A stretch of 64,000 nt of DNA from a virus (Duplodnaviria > Heunggongvirae > Uroviricota > Caudoviricetes). The notes under the pieces are model-generated. The model ran no database searches. It saw only the letters and a list, made by a program, of their open reading frames with translations, and had not been told where the DNA came from. Numbering within the stretch: position 1 is the stretch's first letter; the number at the start of each line of letters is the position of its first letter. The translations under genes and the position numbers were made by a program. The stretch spans positions 1 to 64,000 of IMG/VR virus record IMGVR_UViG_3300012996_000001; one strand, 5' to 3'. Positions 1 to 9,195 of the stretch are shown here, piece after piece.

Positions 1-47
1 CCCGGTCACCACGGGAAGAGGCGGCTATGCCTGTACCTGCTAACTTC

Positions 48-122
<75 letters not shown>

Positions 123-126
123 AATT

Positions 127-801
127 TTACTCTACCAGTTCTAAAACTGGTCGCCAACCCATGTTGTTGTATGTGTTGGACTGGTTCTGGAAAACACCTG
201 CTGCACTGTTTACAGAGTTGTATCCTCGCATCCATACACGGTTGCTAAGATCGGTGTTAACCTCTTGACAGATTACGTAATCTCCATTCCCTTGGTTAAA
301 GCCAAGCTGAGAAGGTGTGAAAAGGTTACTACCCCACTTCCCACCTTCTTGGCGAGGAAGATTTGTTTCTGTGCAAATATTACTAAGCAGCCTGTCCCAC
401 TCATTACCTGCTGTTACGCTTGCCGCCTGGCTCTGTCCCGGAGGTAGAGTTTTGAAAGATCGGCACTTATACTTCTTACCTTTGATAGTGACAACTTTCT
501 GACCAAAAATAAGCCCCTGAGCATTCAAAGAGTCCCAGTTACCAGAGTAAGTCAGAGATAGCCGACTAACGAAAAGAGTTTTTCCATCGAGGGTGAATTT
601 TAACCAAGAGGTATTAGCGTTGACCGCAGTTCCTGCCGGGTTGAGCATAGATCGAAGATCGTTTGCACTGATGAATCCTGATTCAGGTACTTCACCATAA
701 TAGCCAGCCAACTGACCCTGAGCACGACTATAACTGCCTACAAGAGTTGTTGGACCGGGTGGTAAAGGGTTTGCCTTAGCCATCGCTAAAATTTCTAACA
801 T
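127..801 (-). CDS. hypothetical protein (224 aa)
   Basis: Long ORF immediately upstream of tRNA-Gly on the same strand. No motif recognised. Confidence 0.5.
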   Translation of the reverse strand: MLEILAMAKANPLPPGPTTLVGSYSRAQGQLAGYYGEVPESGFISANDLRSMLNPAGTAVNANTSWLKFTLDGKTLFVSRLSLTYSGNWDSLNAQGLIFGQKVVTIKGKKYKCRSFKTLPPGQSQAASVTAGNEWDRLLSNICTETNLPRQEGGKWGSNLFTPSQLGFNQGNGDYVICQEVNTDLSNRVWMRGYNSVNSAAGVFQNQSNTYNNMGWRPVLELVE

Positions 802-823
802 CTCTTCACCTTAGGCTTATAAT

Positions 824-900
824 TGGTCTCCGCAGGGCGACTCGAACACCCGACCCCCTGGTCCCAAACCAGGTGCTCTACCAAGCTGAGCTATGCGGAG
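824..900 (-). tRNA. tRNA-Pro (anticodon UGG)
   Basis: GCTCAGCTTGGTAGAGC D-arm, anticodon loop TTTGGGA and GGTTCGAGTCG T-arm. The C1-G72 acceptor pair is typical of tRNA-Pro. 3' CCA is encoded. Confidence 0.7.
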
Positions 901-906
901 AAAATA

Positions 907-983
907 TGGCAGTCCCGACGGGTATCGAACCCGCGACCTCTCCCGTGACAGGGGAGTATTGTAACCGTCTCAACTACGGGACT
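907..983 (-). tRNA. tRNA-Asp (anticodon GUC)
   Basis: Anticodon stem-loop CTCCC-CTGTCAC-GGGAG, GGTTCGATACC T-arm and a CCA end. Confidence 0.65.
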
Positions 984-987
984 AAGA

Positions 988-1072
988 TGGTGCTTGCGAC
1001 AGGAGTTTAACCTGCAAGGTCACTGACCGTAGGATACTTCCGTACCAACGCGTTTATTTTCGCCACGCAAGC
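988..1072 (-). ncRNA. tRNA-like element / possible pseudo-tRNA, no canonical anticodon arm
   Basis: Has a perfect 7-bp acceptor stem (GCTTGCG/CGCAAGC), a discriminator A plus CCA, and a T-like arm GCAGG-TTAAACT-CCTGT. It is wedged 4-5 nt from tRNA-Asp and tRNA-Trp. I could not find a 5-bp anticodon stem; the best candidate has a C-C mismatch and loop GAAGTAT. Confidence 0.3.
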
Positions 1073-1077
1073 ATAAT

Positions 1078-1154
1078 TGGCAGGGATACTAGGATTCGAA
1101 CCCAGAACCTATGGATTTGGAATCCATTGCACTAGCCGATTGTGCTACATCCCT
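1078..1154 (-). tRNA. tRNA-Trp (anticodon CCA)
   Basis: Anticodon stem-loop ATGGA-TTCCAAA-TCCAT, GGTTCGAATCC T-arm and a CCA end. Confidence 0.7.
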
Positions 1155-1353
1155 AAATGTCTTTTTCTGCCTTTCTTTCGGCCCTTGCTCCTGCATAAGC
1201 AGAGAGGTGACCAACAAAATTGGCATACAAGCTTAAAAATATTACCCAAAGAATGCTGTCTTTCCACCAGATCACTGATGGTATTAAAAGCACAGCCCAG
1301 AGAATCATCATGAAGATGTGAAATCTCTTCATACCCTTCGCAGTTATTTTCAA
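1153..1353 (-). CDS. small hydrophobic membrane protein (66 aa)
   Basis: ORF with two predicted TM helices sitting between tRNA genes. Weak. Confidence 0.25.
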   Translation of the reverse strand: MKITAKGMKRFHIFMMILWAVLLIPSVIWWKDSILWVIFLSLYANFVGHLSAYAGARAERKAEKDI

Positions 1354-1521
1354 TCTATCACCTTCTGATCGTCCTGCCAGGCTGGTGAATTTTACCAGTT
1401 TTCTACCAAGACTTAACGAATAGCCATCAGAGATGACTATTGATTAAGCAAGGGTATGTGTTCGATGGCTTGCATTTTTCAGCGTCGCAGGGAGAGTGCC
1501 GTCTCTTGTTCCCTACCGAAT

Positions 1522-1695
1522 TTACAACGGTGTACGAGGTCCACGACCAGTGAAAAAGCTTATGATCCAGATGATTAGTGCAACCACGAAAATTATTTTA
1601 GCTGCCGCCATTGCAGTACCTACCAAGAGGCCACCGAAGCCTAAAAAGGCAGCGACGATTGCAATCAGCAGAAATGCCAATCCCCAACTAAGCAT
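1522..1695 (-). CDS. YtjA/DUF1328-like small membrane protein (57 aa)
   Basis: Not in the ORF track because it is under 60 aa. Translation is [57 protein letters not shown], which matches the UPF0391/YtjA pattern (AAxLGFGGxAGxAAxIAKI). An AAAGGAG RBS lies 6 nt upstream. The opposite-strand ORF 1496..1714 is probably spurious. Confidence 0.55.
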   Translation of the reverse strand: MLSWGLAFLLIAIVAAFLGFGGLLVGTAMAAAKIIFVVALIIWIISFFTGRGPRTPL

Positions 1696-1850
1696 ACCTA
1701 CTCCTTTCGGTTAAGTTGTTGGTGCCACACTAACGCAGTGGCCTCGGGGCTTTAACGTCTTCCGAGTACCGACATCTCTCGCCATTATTTTTGGCTCCTT
1801 GACCCCGCGCTTTTCATGGCGCAGGCGGGCACCTCACACGACTCTGGATT

Positions 1851-1926
1851 TGGCGACTCCACGAGGGTTCGAACCTCGGACCTGCGACTTAACGGGACGC
1901 CGCTCTACCTACTGAGCTATAGAGTC
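1851..1926 (-). tRNA. tRNA-Asn (anticodon GUU), one T-T mismatch in the anticodon stem
   Basis: GCTCAGTAGGTAGAGC D-arm, loop CCGTTAA, GGTTCGAACC T-arm and CCA. Confidence 0.55.
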
Positions 1927-2107
1927 AATTATAGGGTGCGCCCCTTCGGGTGATGAGATGAACAAGCCTTAAACCGGACATTTCTGTACGAATTAAGACA
2001 AACGCCAAATCAGGGACCTTCAGTTGGACGACTTACGGTTGGCCTGTTGTCTGGGCTGAGGGCTACCTGATGGCTACCGCATTTACCAGTTCAACACCGC
2101 TTCTTTA

Positions 2108-2184
2108 TGGTCGCCCCTGCTGGAATCGAACCAGCTACCTCCCGATTATGAGTCGGATGCTCTAACCAAATGAGCTAAGGGGCA
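2108..2184 (-). tRNA. tRNA-Met or tRNA-Ile2 (anticodon CAU)
   Basis: GCTCATTTGGTTAGAGC D-arm, anticodon stem-loop TCCGA-CTCATAA-TCGGG, GGTTCGATTCC T-arm and CCA. Confidence 0.65.
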
Positions 2185-2187
2185 ATT

Positions 2188-2261
2188 GGTTGGGGATGAT
2201 GGGCTTGAACCAGCGACCTAACGGTTATCGACCGTTTGCTCTGCCACTGAGCTAATCCCCA
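2188..2261 (-). tRNA. tRNA-Ile (anticodon GAU)
   Basis: GCTCAGTGGCAGAGC D-arm, anticodon stem-loop AACGG-TCGATAA-CCGTT, TTCAAGC T-loop and CCA. Confidence 0.6.
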
Positions 2262-2319
2262 TTTGTCATAACATCTCTGTCATGACAGGTCAGGTTGAAT
2301 CAGAGCCTAACCTTTTGTT

Positions 2320-2395
2320 TGGTCGGTTGTACAGGGATCGAACCTGTGACCTCGATATTAAAAGTATCTTGCTCTACCGTCTGAGCTAACAACCG
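2320..2395 (-). tRNA. tRNA-Lys (anticodon UUU)
   Basis: GCTCAGACGGTAGAGC D-arm, anticodon loop CTTTTAA, GGTTCGATCCC T-arm and CCA. Confidence 0.65.
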
Positions 2396-2399
2396 TGAA

Positions 2400-2493
2400 T
2401 GGCAGTAGAAGAGAGATTCGAACTCTCGGGCCACGGAGACCGCAGCCGACGCCTTTCCAAGGCGCTGCCTTAAACCACTCAGCCATTCTACTA
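2400..2493 (-). tRNA. tRNA-Ser (anticodon GGA), type II with a long variable arm
   Basis: Anticodon stem-loop GCGCC-TTGGAAA-GGCGT, variable-arm hairpin CGGCTGCGGTCTCCG, GAGAGTTCGAATCTCTC T-arm and CCA. Confidence 0.6.
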
Positions 2494-2611
2494 GTCAGCC
2501 TGCAACCGCAGGCATTATCACTGGTCCTCTCCGGTCCTACCTTCAACGAGGAAATCAGTGCCTTAATAAATCCCTTCCCTAATGCGCCGTTAGGCGGGGA
2601 AGGTGTACTTA

Positions 2612-2694
2612 TGGTGGGGCCGGGTGGATTCGAACCACCGTGTGATATACATGATTTACAGTCATGCGCCTTCAACCGCTCGGCCACGTCCCCT
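2612..2694 (-). tRNA. tRNA-Tyr (anticodon GUA), type II
   Basis: Anticodon stem-loop CATGA-CTGTAAA-TCATG, a long variable arm, GGTGGTTCGAATCCACC T-arm and CCA. One A-G mismatch in the acceptor stem. Confidence 0.6.
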
Positions 2695-2882
2695 TAAATC
2701 TCTCGCCACATAGTCTATTCGGAATACGGAGCCTATGCGCACCGCTTACAGCTTTTGATCTCGGTTTGAGGTCATCAGATTCCTTATTCGACGAGTTAAA
2801 ACTTTTCTTCAATGCTCCAACGAGCACTCAAGAAAAGCCCCGTGGCGAACAGGCTCTAATTGCCATATCGCCCGGGACATCA

Positions 2883-3263
2883 TTAATCATCGTCCTCTGT
2901 TCCGGTCATCTTATATTCACGAATCTCGGTTGTCAAAGGGATAGCCCTTTTAACTTCCTCAGAGGATCCTGAATGAGCCGGAGCATTTGCAGAAGCAGTA
3001 CCGCCAGCAGCCGTGTCTTCGTTATCTTCCTGAGTGTAGAGGTTGTTGGCCTCTTTTGCTTGCTCAAGAATATACTTGGCTGTTGTCTCTTTTACCTTTT
3101 CGGTCCCTGTTTGCAGAAGACCTTCCAGGGTTGCGACAGCTTTAGGGGTTAGCCTGGCTAAATCTCCCCTCAGCGAGATCATCGCTTTTTCAAGAGCAAT
3201 CGCTGTACTTTCTTCTGAAGTAGGACGGCCCCGCTTACGAGTAACAATCGCAGCCTTAGTCAT
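2883..3263 (-). CDS. hypothetical protein with AT-hook-like RKRGRP motif and acidic tail (126 aa)
   Basis: ORF; RKRGRPTSE near the N-terminus. Confidence 0.45.
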   Translation of the reverse strand: MTKAAIVTRKRGRPTSEESTAIALEKAMISLRGDLARLTPKAVATLEGLLQTGTEKVKETTAKYILEQAKEANNLYTQEDNEDTAAGGTASANAPAHSGSSEEVKRAIPLTTEIREYKMTGTEDDD

Positions 3264-3565
3264 AAAGCCTCCTATCGAATCAGTGCAACCATCTTAACAT
3301 TTAAGTTGCACTATGTCAATAGGTTACATAGTTGGGCAGAGGACGTATGCCCGTGGGTTGACTTCCCTTAACGTTCAGAATAGACCTGTTTCGCGTCACG
3401 GGTGGACTAATCTAATCCAAAAGCAACCGCCGCTATTCCGAGGTCAGTCGATGGAGCCGCTGTCGCATCCGGCTGAACTGAACAACATTAAAAAATCGTC
3501 CACTTTATCCATCCCCCTACTAGATTGTCATCTCGTTCGGTACATTTCAAAGATTACAGATGAAC

Positions 3566-3754
3566 CTATTCTTTGTCAACAGTCTTTTTGCCTTTTAAAC
3601 AAGAAAAACATGCAACGCTGAACTTAGGTCCTGAGAAACCCTTGCCGCATCCATAGCACTTCTGTGAATAAGGACTTTTTACGTTTGGATGATCTCTTTC
3701 CGAGCCTTCAAAGGCTTCCTTGACTTGGTCGGAAGTTAGCATCAAACTAACCAA
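3566..3754 (-). CDS. small zinc-ribbon protein (62 aa)
   Basis: Two cysteine pairs, CYGC...CFSC. Confidence 0.4.
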   Translation of the reverse strand: MVSLMLTSDQVKEAFEGSERDHPNVKSPYSQKCYGCGKGFSGPKFSVACFSCLKGKKTVDKE

Positions 3755-3907
3755 TCTTCTTCATTGGCTAGCAGATCAAAGTCTTCTTGATTTACCATCC
3801 CCAATCCTCTTCATTACGAATAAAGTCCGGATGTTCATCGAAAAAATCTACGTCTTCCGCTTGGCGGATACCTTCGCCATAGCCGATCTCAATGCAACCT
3901 GAATTGA

Positions 3908-4159
3908 TCATGCTGACTCCTTTACGATTGAAAGTTTATAACGTGAGGTCTTGTCGGCCTCATTAGGGTAAAACGAGTATAAGTGGTTACCTTCGCCGAA
4001 GTCAACATTATTCCAGTCTTCGATTGGGAAACCTACGGTAGTGAAAGCCAAATCATCAGCCTCTTCGATAGCATCTTCTAAGTTGTCAAAATAGTTGATG
4101 CATTCTTCGGAGGTATATTCAGGGGTTATGTAGCTGAGGGTGATTTTGAAATTATCCAT
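3908..4159 (-). CDS. hypothetical acidic protein (83 aa)
   Basis: ORF on the operon strand. Confidence 0.4.
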   Translation of the reverse strand: MDNFKITLSYITPEYTSEECINYFDNLEDAIEEADDLAFTTVGFPIEDWNNVDFGEGNHLYSFYPNEADKTSRYKLSIVKESA

Positions 4160-4218
4160 AAGTCCAACAGTAAGTTAATGAGGGTTAATCATCATTTTAC
4201 TGGAGGACTGTATGATAG

Positions 4219-4581
4219 TCAACGATGGGCTAGCGCTTCCATGAGTTCGTCTAGCGCAGTATTCTGAGGGGTAAATATAATCTCAAAGCGAAGGATACGA
4301 TCTTTCTTATCCTGCTCGGTAAGTTCGACAGGTATTATGTCGACAGGAGTCATAGGTAAGATATAGGAATCGTCCGGCATCATTCCAACCACATGGTTAT
4401 CACTATTGCGAGAAAGTACGACTCTATCACACGTATCCTTGTAAACCTCCTGTGCGACGTTGTGAGCGTTTTCCGCGTAGTAGTCGAGCAAACCCTCCTC
4501 TACGCTTGTCTGTGGCATCTTAGAGCGATCTGGATGCACTGCTGCACGGTTATGATTGTGCTTGGCAACTGGATTTCTCAT
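4219..4581 (-). CDS. hypothetical protein (120 aa)
   Basis: ORF on the operon strand, downstream of nadV. Confidence 0.45.
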   Translation of the reverse strand: MRNPVAKHNHNRAAVHPDRSKMPQTSVEEGLLDYYAENAHNVAQEVYKDTCDRVVLSRNSDNHVVGMMPDDSYILPMTPVDIIPVELTEQDKKDRILRFEIIFTPQNTALDELMEALAHR

Positions 4582-4695
4582 CTTCTTTCTCCTTGCGGTA
4601 AATTTCTTGCTTAGCCAAGATTACGTCCATAGCATAGATGGGTTTATTTGTACCCTGATACTCTAAAGGCTTAATACTCATCATATCTCCGTTAA

Positions 4696-4722
4696 ATAAA
4701 CCGCCCCGGAGGGCGGCTGTTG
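4696..4722 (-). terminator. rho-independent terminator after nadV
   Basis: On the minus strand: stem CCGCCC/GGGCGG with loop TCCG, followed by TTTAT. Confidence 0.5.
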
Positions 4723-6528
4723 TTATTTAAGGTTGGCTGTAACACGTTCACGAATTTCTGTGAGCGTCTCATCAACCAACAGTTTTCCGTCACGGAATAC
4801 CGGACGAAGTTCGTTGTCGGCATCATTAACCTGCTCCAGTGACAGGTTATCAACCAGTTTAAGTACGCCGTCTTCGCCACGAACAACCTTGAGGAAGCCT
4901 TGTGCAGATTTCTTACCAAGGTCGGTCTTCGGCTCTTTGACGACCATAATCTGCTGACCATCGATAACTGCGCCAGTTGCTTTCACAGCCATCCCCAGTG
5001 AATCACGGGTGGTGTACTGGGTAGTATAAGAGCCAACACCATACACAATGTTGCTGGATGCAAAGCCCTTGGCCTCCAGGCGCTCAAAGATCTCTTTGGC
5101 ACGAGCAACAGTGATGGAGTCACCATAGATAAGGCCAACATGACTGTCGAGGGTACGGTAACCCTTAGAGTTCACGTCACCACCGAAAACATCCCAAAGG
5201 AGTTCAACCGAGCCTTTCTGCTCGTTATTAAGTTCAGCCTTCTCGTAAGAGATTACGCCGCTACCGTCAATGTAGTAGTACGTCTTGTCGTGGCGGTTCC
5301 ACTCAATCTCTCCCTTCATCAGGTACAGTTCACCGTCAAACAGGAAGTAGCGCTCAACTTCCGTCTCGCCACGCTCACCGTGCGGAGTTTCTTTGCTGAC
5401 TTTCTCCACTGCACTTTCCAGTGCCCAGTCAGCCGCTGCGTACAGATTGCCAGCTTTGTCGAGGTTCTCGACTTCACGCCAGTCCAGTGTGCCGCAGATA
5501 ATGTCTTCCGGTACGCCGGAGTCCGGGCGGAACACTACACGACCATCACGGGCCATGATTTCGTCTTTCAGGGTACTAACACCCTCGGTGATCAGACGGA
5601 ACCAGTCGTAGCTGTCTCCAACATAAGATACGAAACCTTTTGGGAAAAATTCCGTAATGTAGCGGTACAGGAACTCGACCTCCGCATGGAAACGAAGATC
5701 ATCTAAAGACATCCCCGGATGTTCATAACGAAGACGACCGATGATGAAGCCGATGTTGGTTGTTGCAACACTATGCTCCGATGCTGGGATTGACCCGGCA
5801 ACAAACTTACCCTTCATACCGTAATAGCGGTTAGCATACAAAATGGCCGGGATAGTGTCGGTGCCCTGTGAGTTGATCAGTTGACCAAATTCAGACTGAG
5901 CGGCATCGTGTGTACCTGCCTGACCACGATAAGCGAAACAGTGGATCTGGAATGGTACATGGAGGTTGTTGTCACAGGTTTTCTCCGCCCAAGCCTCGGC
6001 CAGCTTACGGTACTGCCAAAAAACAGTCGCTGTTGTAATGGTCTTCCAGTTCTCAGCAGAGATCACAGACTCCAGATAGTTAGGGAGCCAGTAGAAATCC
6101 TTGTGAGTGTTCTGGATGGTAAATACCGGGACCTGCACTGGAGAAAGAGTACCTTCTGGCAGAGCGCGGATTTCAACAGGCAGGTATCCGAGGTCATGGA
6201 GCTTTTCAAAACCCCAAGTTTCTACCATGTCAGGACCGATAGCCAGATCACAAGTTTCTTTGAACTCACCAATGACTTCATGTTTAGGACGACCGAAGAA
6301 TTCACGATTAAAGTGTTCGATCAGGAACCATTTGATGAAGCCTTGCAGGCCAGCAGACATCACGTTATTCTCATCATCACTGAAATGAGTGAAGTATTTG
6401 CTGGAGCGGGGTGTCATATTGTCCTGAACGATTTCAGATTTTTTGCTGTACATCGAGATATGTGCGGGCTTATAGAAATCCGCGAATAAGGTAGGGGATT
6501 CATTATGTAACATATCATTCTCCTTCAA
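4723..6528 (-). CDS. nadV: nicotinamide phosphoribosyltransferase (NAMPT/NadV family)
   Basis: 601 aa, the full-length NAMPT size. The family pattern is recognised across the protein, for example ...FHAEVEFLYRYITEFFPKGFVSYVGDSYD... and GSIPASEHS. Confidence 0.8.
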   Translation of the reverse strand: MKENDMLHNESPTLFADFYKPAHISMYSKKSEIVQDNMTPRSSKYFTHFSDDENNVMSAGLQGFIKWFLIEHFNREFFGRPKHEVIGEFKETCDLAIGPDMVETWGFEKLHDLGYLPVEIRALPEGTLSPVQVPVFTIQNTHKDFYWLPNYLESVISAENWKTITTATVFWQYRKLAEAWAEKTCDNNLHVPFQIHCFAYRGQAGTHDAAQSEFGQLINSQGTDTIPAILYANRYYGMKGKFVAGSIPASEHSVATTNIGFIIGRLRYEHPGMSLDDLRFHAEVEFLYRYITEFFPKGFVSYVGDSYDWFRLITEGVSTLKDEIMARDGRVVFRPDSGVPEDIICGTLDWREVENLDKAGNLYAAADWALESAVEKVSKETPHGERGETEVERYFLFDGELYLMKGEIEWNRHDKTYYYIDGSGVISYEKAELNNEQKGSVELLWDVFGGDVNSKGYRTLDSHVGLIYGDSITVARAKEIFERLEAKGFASSNIVYGVGSYTTQYTTRDSLGMAVKATGAVIDGQQIMVVKEPKTDLGKKSAQGFLKVVRGEDGVLKLVDNLSLEQVNDADNELRPVFRDGKLLVDETLTEIRERVTANLK

Positions 6529-7168
6529 GTAAAGTTAAGACAGGCTCTCTGTCGTTCAATTTCTTCTCTAGCATGGCAACTATGTTTTCCAGTCTTACCG
6601 ATAGAGTTGAACCATCGTAATCTATGTGTTCCTTCAATGCAACAACTTTTTCTTCAACCCAGCGAAGATGTGCATCAAGCTCTGTGTCAAACTGGCCGAG
6701 AGTCTTTTTCTTTCCGTTCATAGTAATCTGAGAAGTAACTCTGTGACCACGCTGGTGAGGATAAGCACCCGGGAGGTATTTCCTTCCACGATTTCCATGC
6801 ATGTTAAAAAACTTATTCAATTCCTGACTCACGAAAACACACTTCTCTGGACCATACTCCTTGTTACCCGGGATAAGGATGTCTTTATCCAATTGCTTCC
6901 CTACATAGTCCTGCTTAATCATCCACGCACGAAAATTACTAAACTTCAACCACTCTTCACAAACAGTCGGGTAATATCTGTATGTATACTTACGTCGATA
7001 TGCCTCACTGTAACAACGATACATCATCTGGAACCAAGTCTTATAGAATGGACAACCCCATACTTCCACGGTCTTTCCATTTACCGTGGTTGTCTCTCTA
7101 ACAGGGGTTTTGGAGTCGTTAATGCCGACCCCATACACTACCCCTTTAACCTCAGCCGAACGAGACAC
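6515..7168 (-). CDS. HNH homing endonuclease (AP2/NUMOD-type), free-standing
   Basis: N-terminus GKTVEVWGCPFYKTWFQM.. is typical of phage HNH_3 plus AP2-like homing endonucleases. It is inserted between nadV and prs. Confidence 0.55.
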   Translation of the reverse strand: MSRSAEVKGVVYGVGINDSKTPVRETTTVNGKTVEVWGCPFYKTWFQMMYRCYSEAYRRKYTYRYYPTVCEEWLKFSNFRAWMIKQDYVGKQLDKDILIPGNKEYGPEKCVFVSQELNKFFNMHGNRGRKYLPGAYPHQRGHRVTSQITMNGKKKTLGQFDTELDAHLRWVEEKVVALKEHIDYDGSTLSVRLENIVAMLEKKLNDREPVLTLLEGE

Positions 7169-8027
7169 TGGTATCTACCATTTTGAAAATGCCTTTTTCA
7201 TTTCGACCCTGAATATTCTTCTGCCAAGGATATGCACAATAGACCTCGTCAACCGAACCGTCGAATACGTCAACGCCGTAGGAGAAAATACCGTGGGTTG
7301 CGTAAAGAATAATTTCAGAAGCTCCAGATGTTCTCAGTACACGACCCAGTTCAATAAACGTGCGTCCCCCGTCGATCAGATCATCTGTCATGATAACCCG
7401 CTTACCTTCAACACTCGGACCACTGTAAGTGGTATTGGTGATCTCGTTGGTTACGAGATTCCTTTGTTTAGCGCCAACACCGACAGTCTCATGACCAACA
7501 ATCTGAGCCAGCTTTGTAACTTTCTTAACAGCCCCCGCGTCCGGGGCAACAATAACAGCGTCTTTGAAAAAGCCCTCTCCCAGAATCTTCAGTGCCAGTT
7601 CGTGTTGCTGATAGATTCGCACATTGTTGATATGGGAGGGTGCGACATCCGAATGAGGATCGCAAACAATCACCTCATCAAAGCCGCAGAGGTTAATAAG
7701 CTTACCAAACAGAGCAGATGACAAAGCCTCTCCGTTGACCATTACACGATCCTGGCGAGCATATGGGATGTAGGGCAGGTAGAGAGTCTTTTCGACTTTA
7801 TGCCCTGTACCACGTCCCATGCGATTAAACGCATCGATAAATAATAAAAGGTCAATGGGGTCCTGTGGACTATCCATATGGGCATGAACAGTCAAACCAC
7901 CGACACTCGTAATATTATGCTCCAATGAAACCGGAGAATTAGAGCCGATGCGAACATTGCGCTCACCACCTGCAAAGGTTTTAAATTCGATATCCAGGCG
8001 GTGACCGCCTAAAGATGCTCTGATCAT
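7152..8027 (-). CDS. prs: ribose-phosphate pyrophosphokinase (PRPP synthetase)
   Basis: 291 aa. Carries the PRPP-binding loop VIMTDDLIDGGRT and the motif VIVAPDAGAVKKV. Confidence 0.8.
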   Translation of the reverse strand: MIRASLGGHRLDIEFKTFAGGERNVRIGSNSPVSLEHNITSVGGLTVHAHMDSPQDPIDLLLFIDAFNRMGRGTGHKVEKTLYLPYIPYARQDRVMVNGEALSSALFGKLINLCGFDEVIVCDPHSDVAPSHINNVRIYQQHELALKILGEGFFKDAVIVAPDAGAVKKVTKLAQIVGHETVGVGAKQRNLVTNEITNTTYSGPSVEGKRVIMTDDLIDGGRTFIELGRVLRTSGASEIILYATHGIFSYGVDVFDGSVDEVYCAYPWQKNIQGRNEKGIFKMVDTSVSFG

Positions 8028-8410
8028 TTTATCTCCTCGTTGAAGTTAGAAAATTTTAAAATATTAGGGTCATTGACCGTTATGTAGAGTCGGGTCTTGA
8101 CCTTTTCACCTGTACCAATGTTTTCCTTGATGGTGGATATGTATCCCATTTCCTCCATACGCTTAAGAAACTGCCCTACCTTGGTTCTTGAATTCACAGA
8201 CATACCGAATAGCTCAGCCAGCTTAGCTTGCGACTCATAGTAGCATCTGTCAAGAGGATCACCATTCCGTACAGCCTTTCTTGCAAAGAAACCATACCTC
8301 CAGTGAAGAATTATCATCTTCTTCACATCATCAGTCCGCATTCTCACCACCCACTGCATCGGGAACTGTGTGAATGATCCCTCAGGGATGGAAATACCAT
8401 ACTCTTCCAC
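8024..8410 (-). CDS. winged-HTH DNA-binding protein (putative transcription regulator)
   Basis: GTG start with an AAGGAGGG RBS. Helix-turn-helix segment SQAKLAELFGMSVNSRTKVGQFLKRMEEMGYI. First gene of the leftward operon. Confidence 0.45.
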   Translation of the reverse strand: MEEYGISIPEGSFTQFPMQWVVRMRTDDVKKMIILHWRYGFFARKAVRNGDPLDRCYYESQAKLAELFGMSVNSRTKVGQFLKRMEEMGYISTIKENIGTGEKVKTRLYITVNDPNILKFSNFNEEIK

Positions 8411-8705
8411 TCACCCTCCTTACGAAAACCACCAGAGTCTCTCACCTAAAAACAGCCCTGTCAACCCATGTGTCCTAAAAGGCACACAAGAGTATATAAA
8501 ACATAAACCCCTCACTCCGTTCGCCCTCCGGGTCCGGGTTTATTAATCTTATAATTTATTCGTTACACTCATAAATTATTATATTTATAACTATTATTCA
8601 TATCCATTCATAATAGTTATTAAAACAATATGATCTTATAGTCTACGCCTATTAAAACAAAGATCTTTATATAGATCTTATCCTAAAAATTCAAAATTTA
8701 AAGTA

Positions 8706-8734
8706 TTGACATGCATTTTATGATCAACTAAACT
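8706..8734 (+). promoter_or_regulatory. sigma70-type promoter TTGACA-N17-TAAACT for the rightward gene block
   Basis: Lies in the AT-rich divergent intergenic region 8411-8772, which also contains the 10-bp inverted repeat ATAACTATTA/TAATAGTTAT (8590-8623) and AAGATCT/AGATCTT (8660-8680). Confidence 0.35.
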
Positions 8735-8772
8735 CCCACCTATAAAGTAAGAGACTAAGAGGATACTTTATA

Positions 8773-9054
8773 ATGTTATCGAATAAGAAAAGAACTGAAA
8801 TGAATGAACTGGAATTAGAGCATCTCCAAGCTGTACGTGAGGCATGGCGTTCAGCCAAAGCTGGTATGGTGGTGTGTATGGTTTCTGTCTATGAATGTGG
8901 ATGGGAGACTCTACTAGGTCGCTATTATGATGTGGTGATCAAATATGTGGAAGAGGGCCTGATCTACCACCGTGTGGAAAACAGTGATCAACCCGGCCTC
9001 AAGTTGGAGACTTCCGACTTAGATAATAAATTTATTGAAATGGGGATGATTTGA
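8773..9054 (+). CDS. hypothetical protein (93 aa)
   Basis: First ORF of the rightward block. RBS GAGGA. Confidence 0.45.
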   Translation: MLSNKKRTEMNELELEHLQAVREAWRSAKAGMVVCMVSVYECGWETLLGRYYDVVIKYVEEGLIYHRVENSDQPGLKLETSDLDNKFIEMGMI

Positions 9055-9195
9055 TGGACACGTTTATTCGTCTGGGGTACTATACCCTCTGGATCTTCTT
9101 GGTAGTCAAGTATGGGCTTCCTTGGCTATCTGCTAACCTTTGGGACAAGGGCGAAGATCGTTACAGTTACAGAAAATCAAGCAAAGGAGAATGAA

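Noticed and set aside
1496-1714. Track ORF on the + strand inside the tRNA array (72 aa)
   Set aside because: Low-complexity K/P-rich translation. The opposite strand encodes a well-formed YtjA-like peptide with a consensus RBS, so the + ORF is probably a shadow ORF.
2358-2972. Track ORFs 2358..2687(-), 2395..2697(+) and 2664..2972(+)
   Set aside because: They lie across tRNA-Lys, tRNA-Ser and tRNA-Tyr. Protein coding is implausible in densely packed tRNA DNA.
3313-3621. 102-aa + ORF in the 300-bp gap upstream of the leftward operon
   Set aside because: It runs against the local transcription direction, has no RBS and has unusual composition. The region is more likely regulatory.
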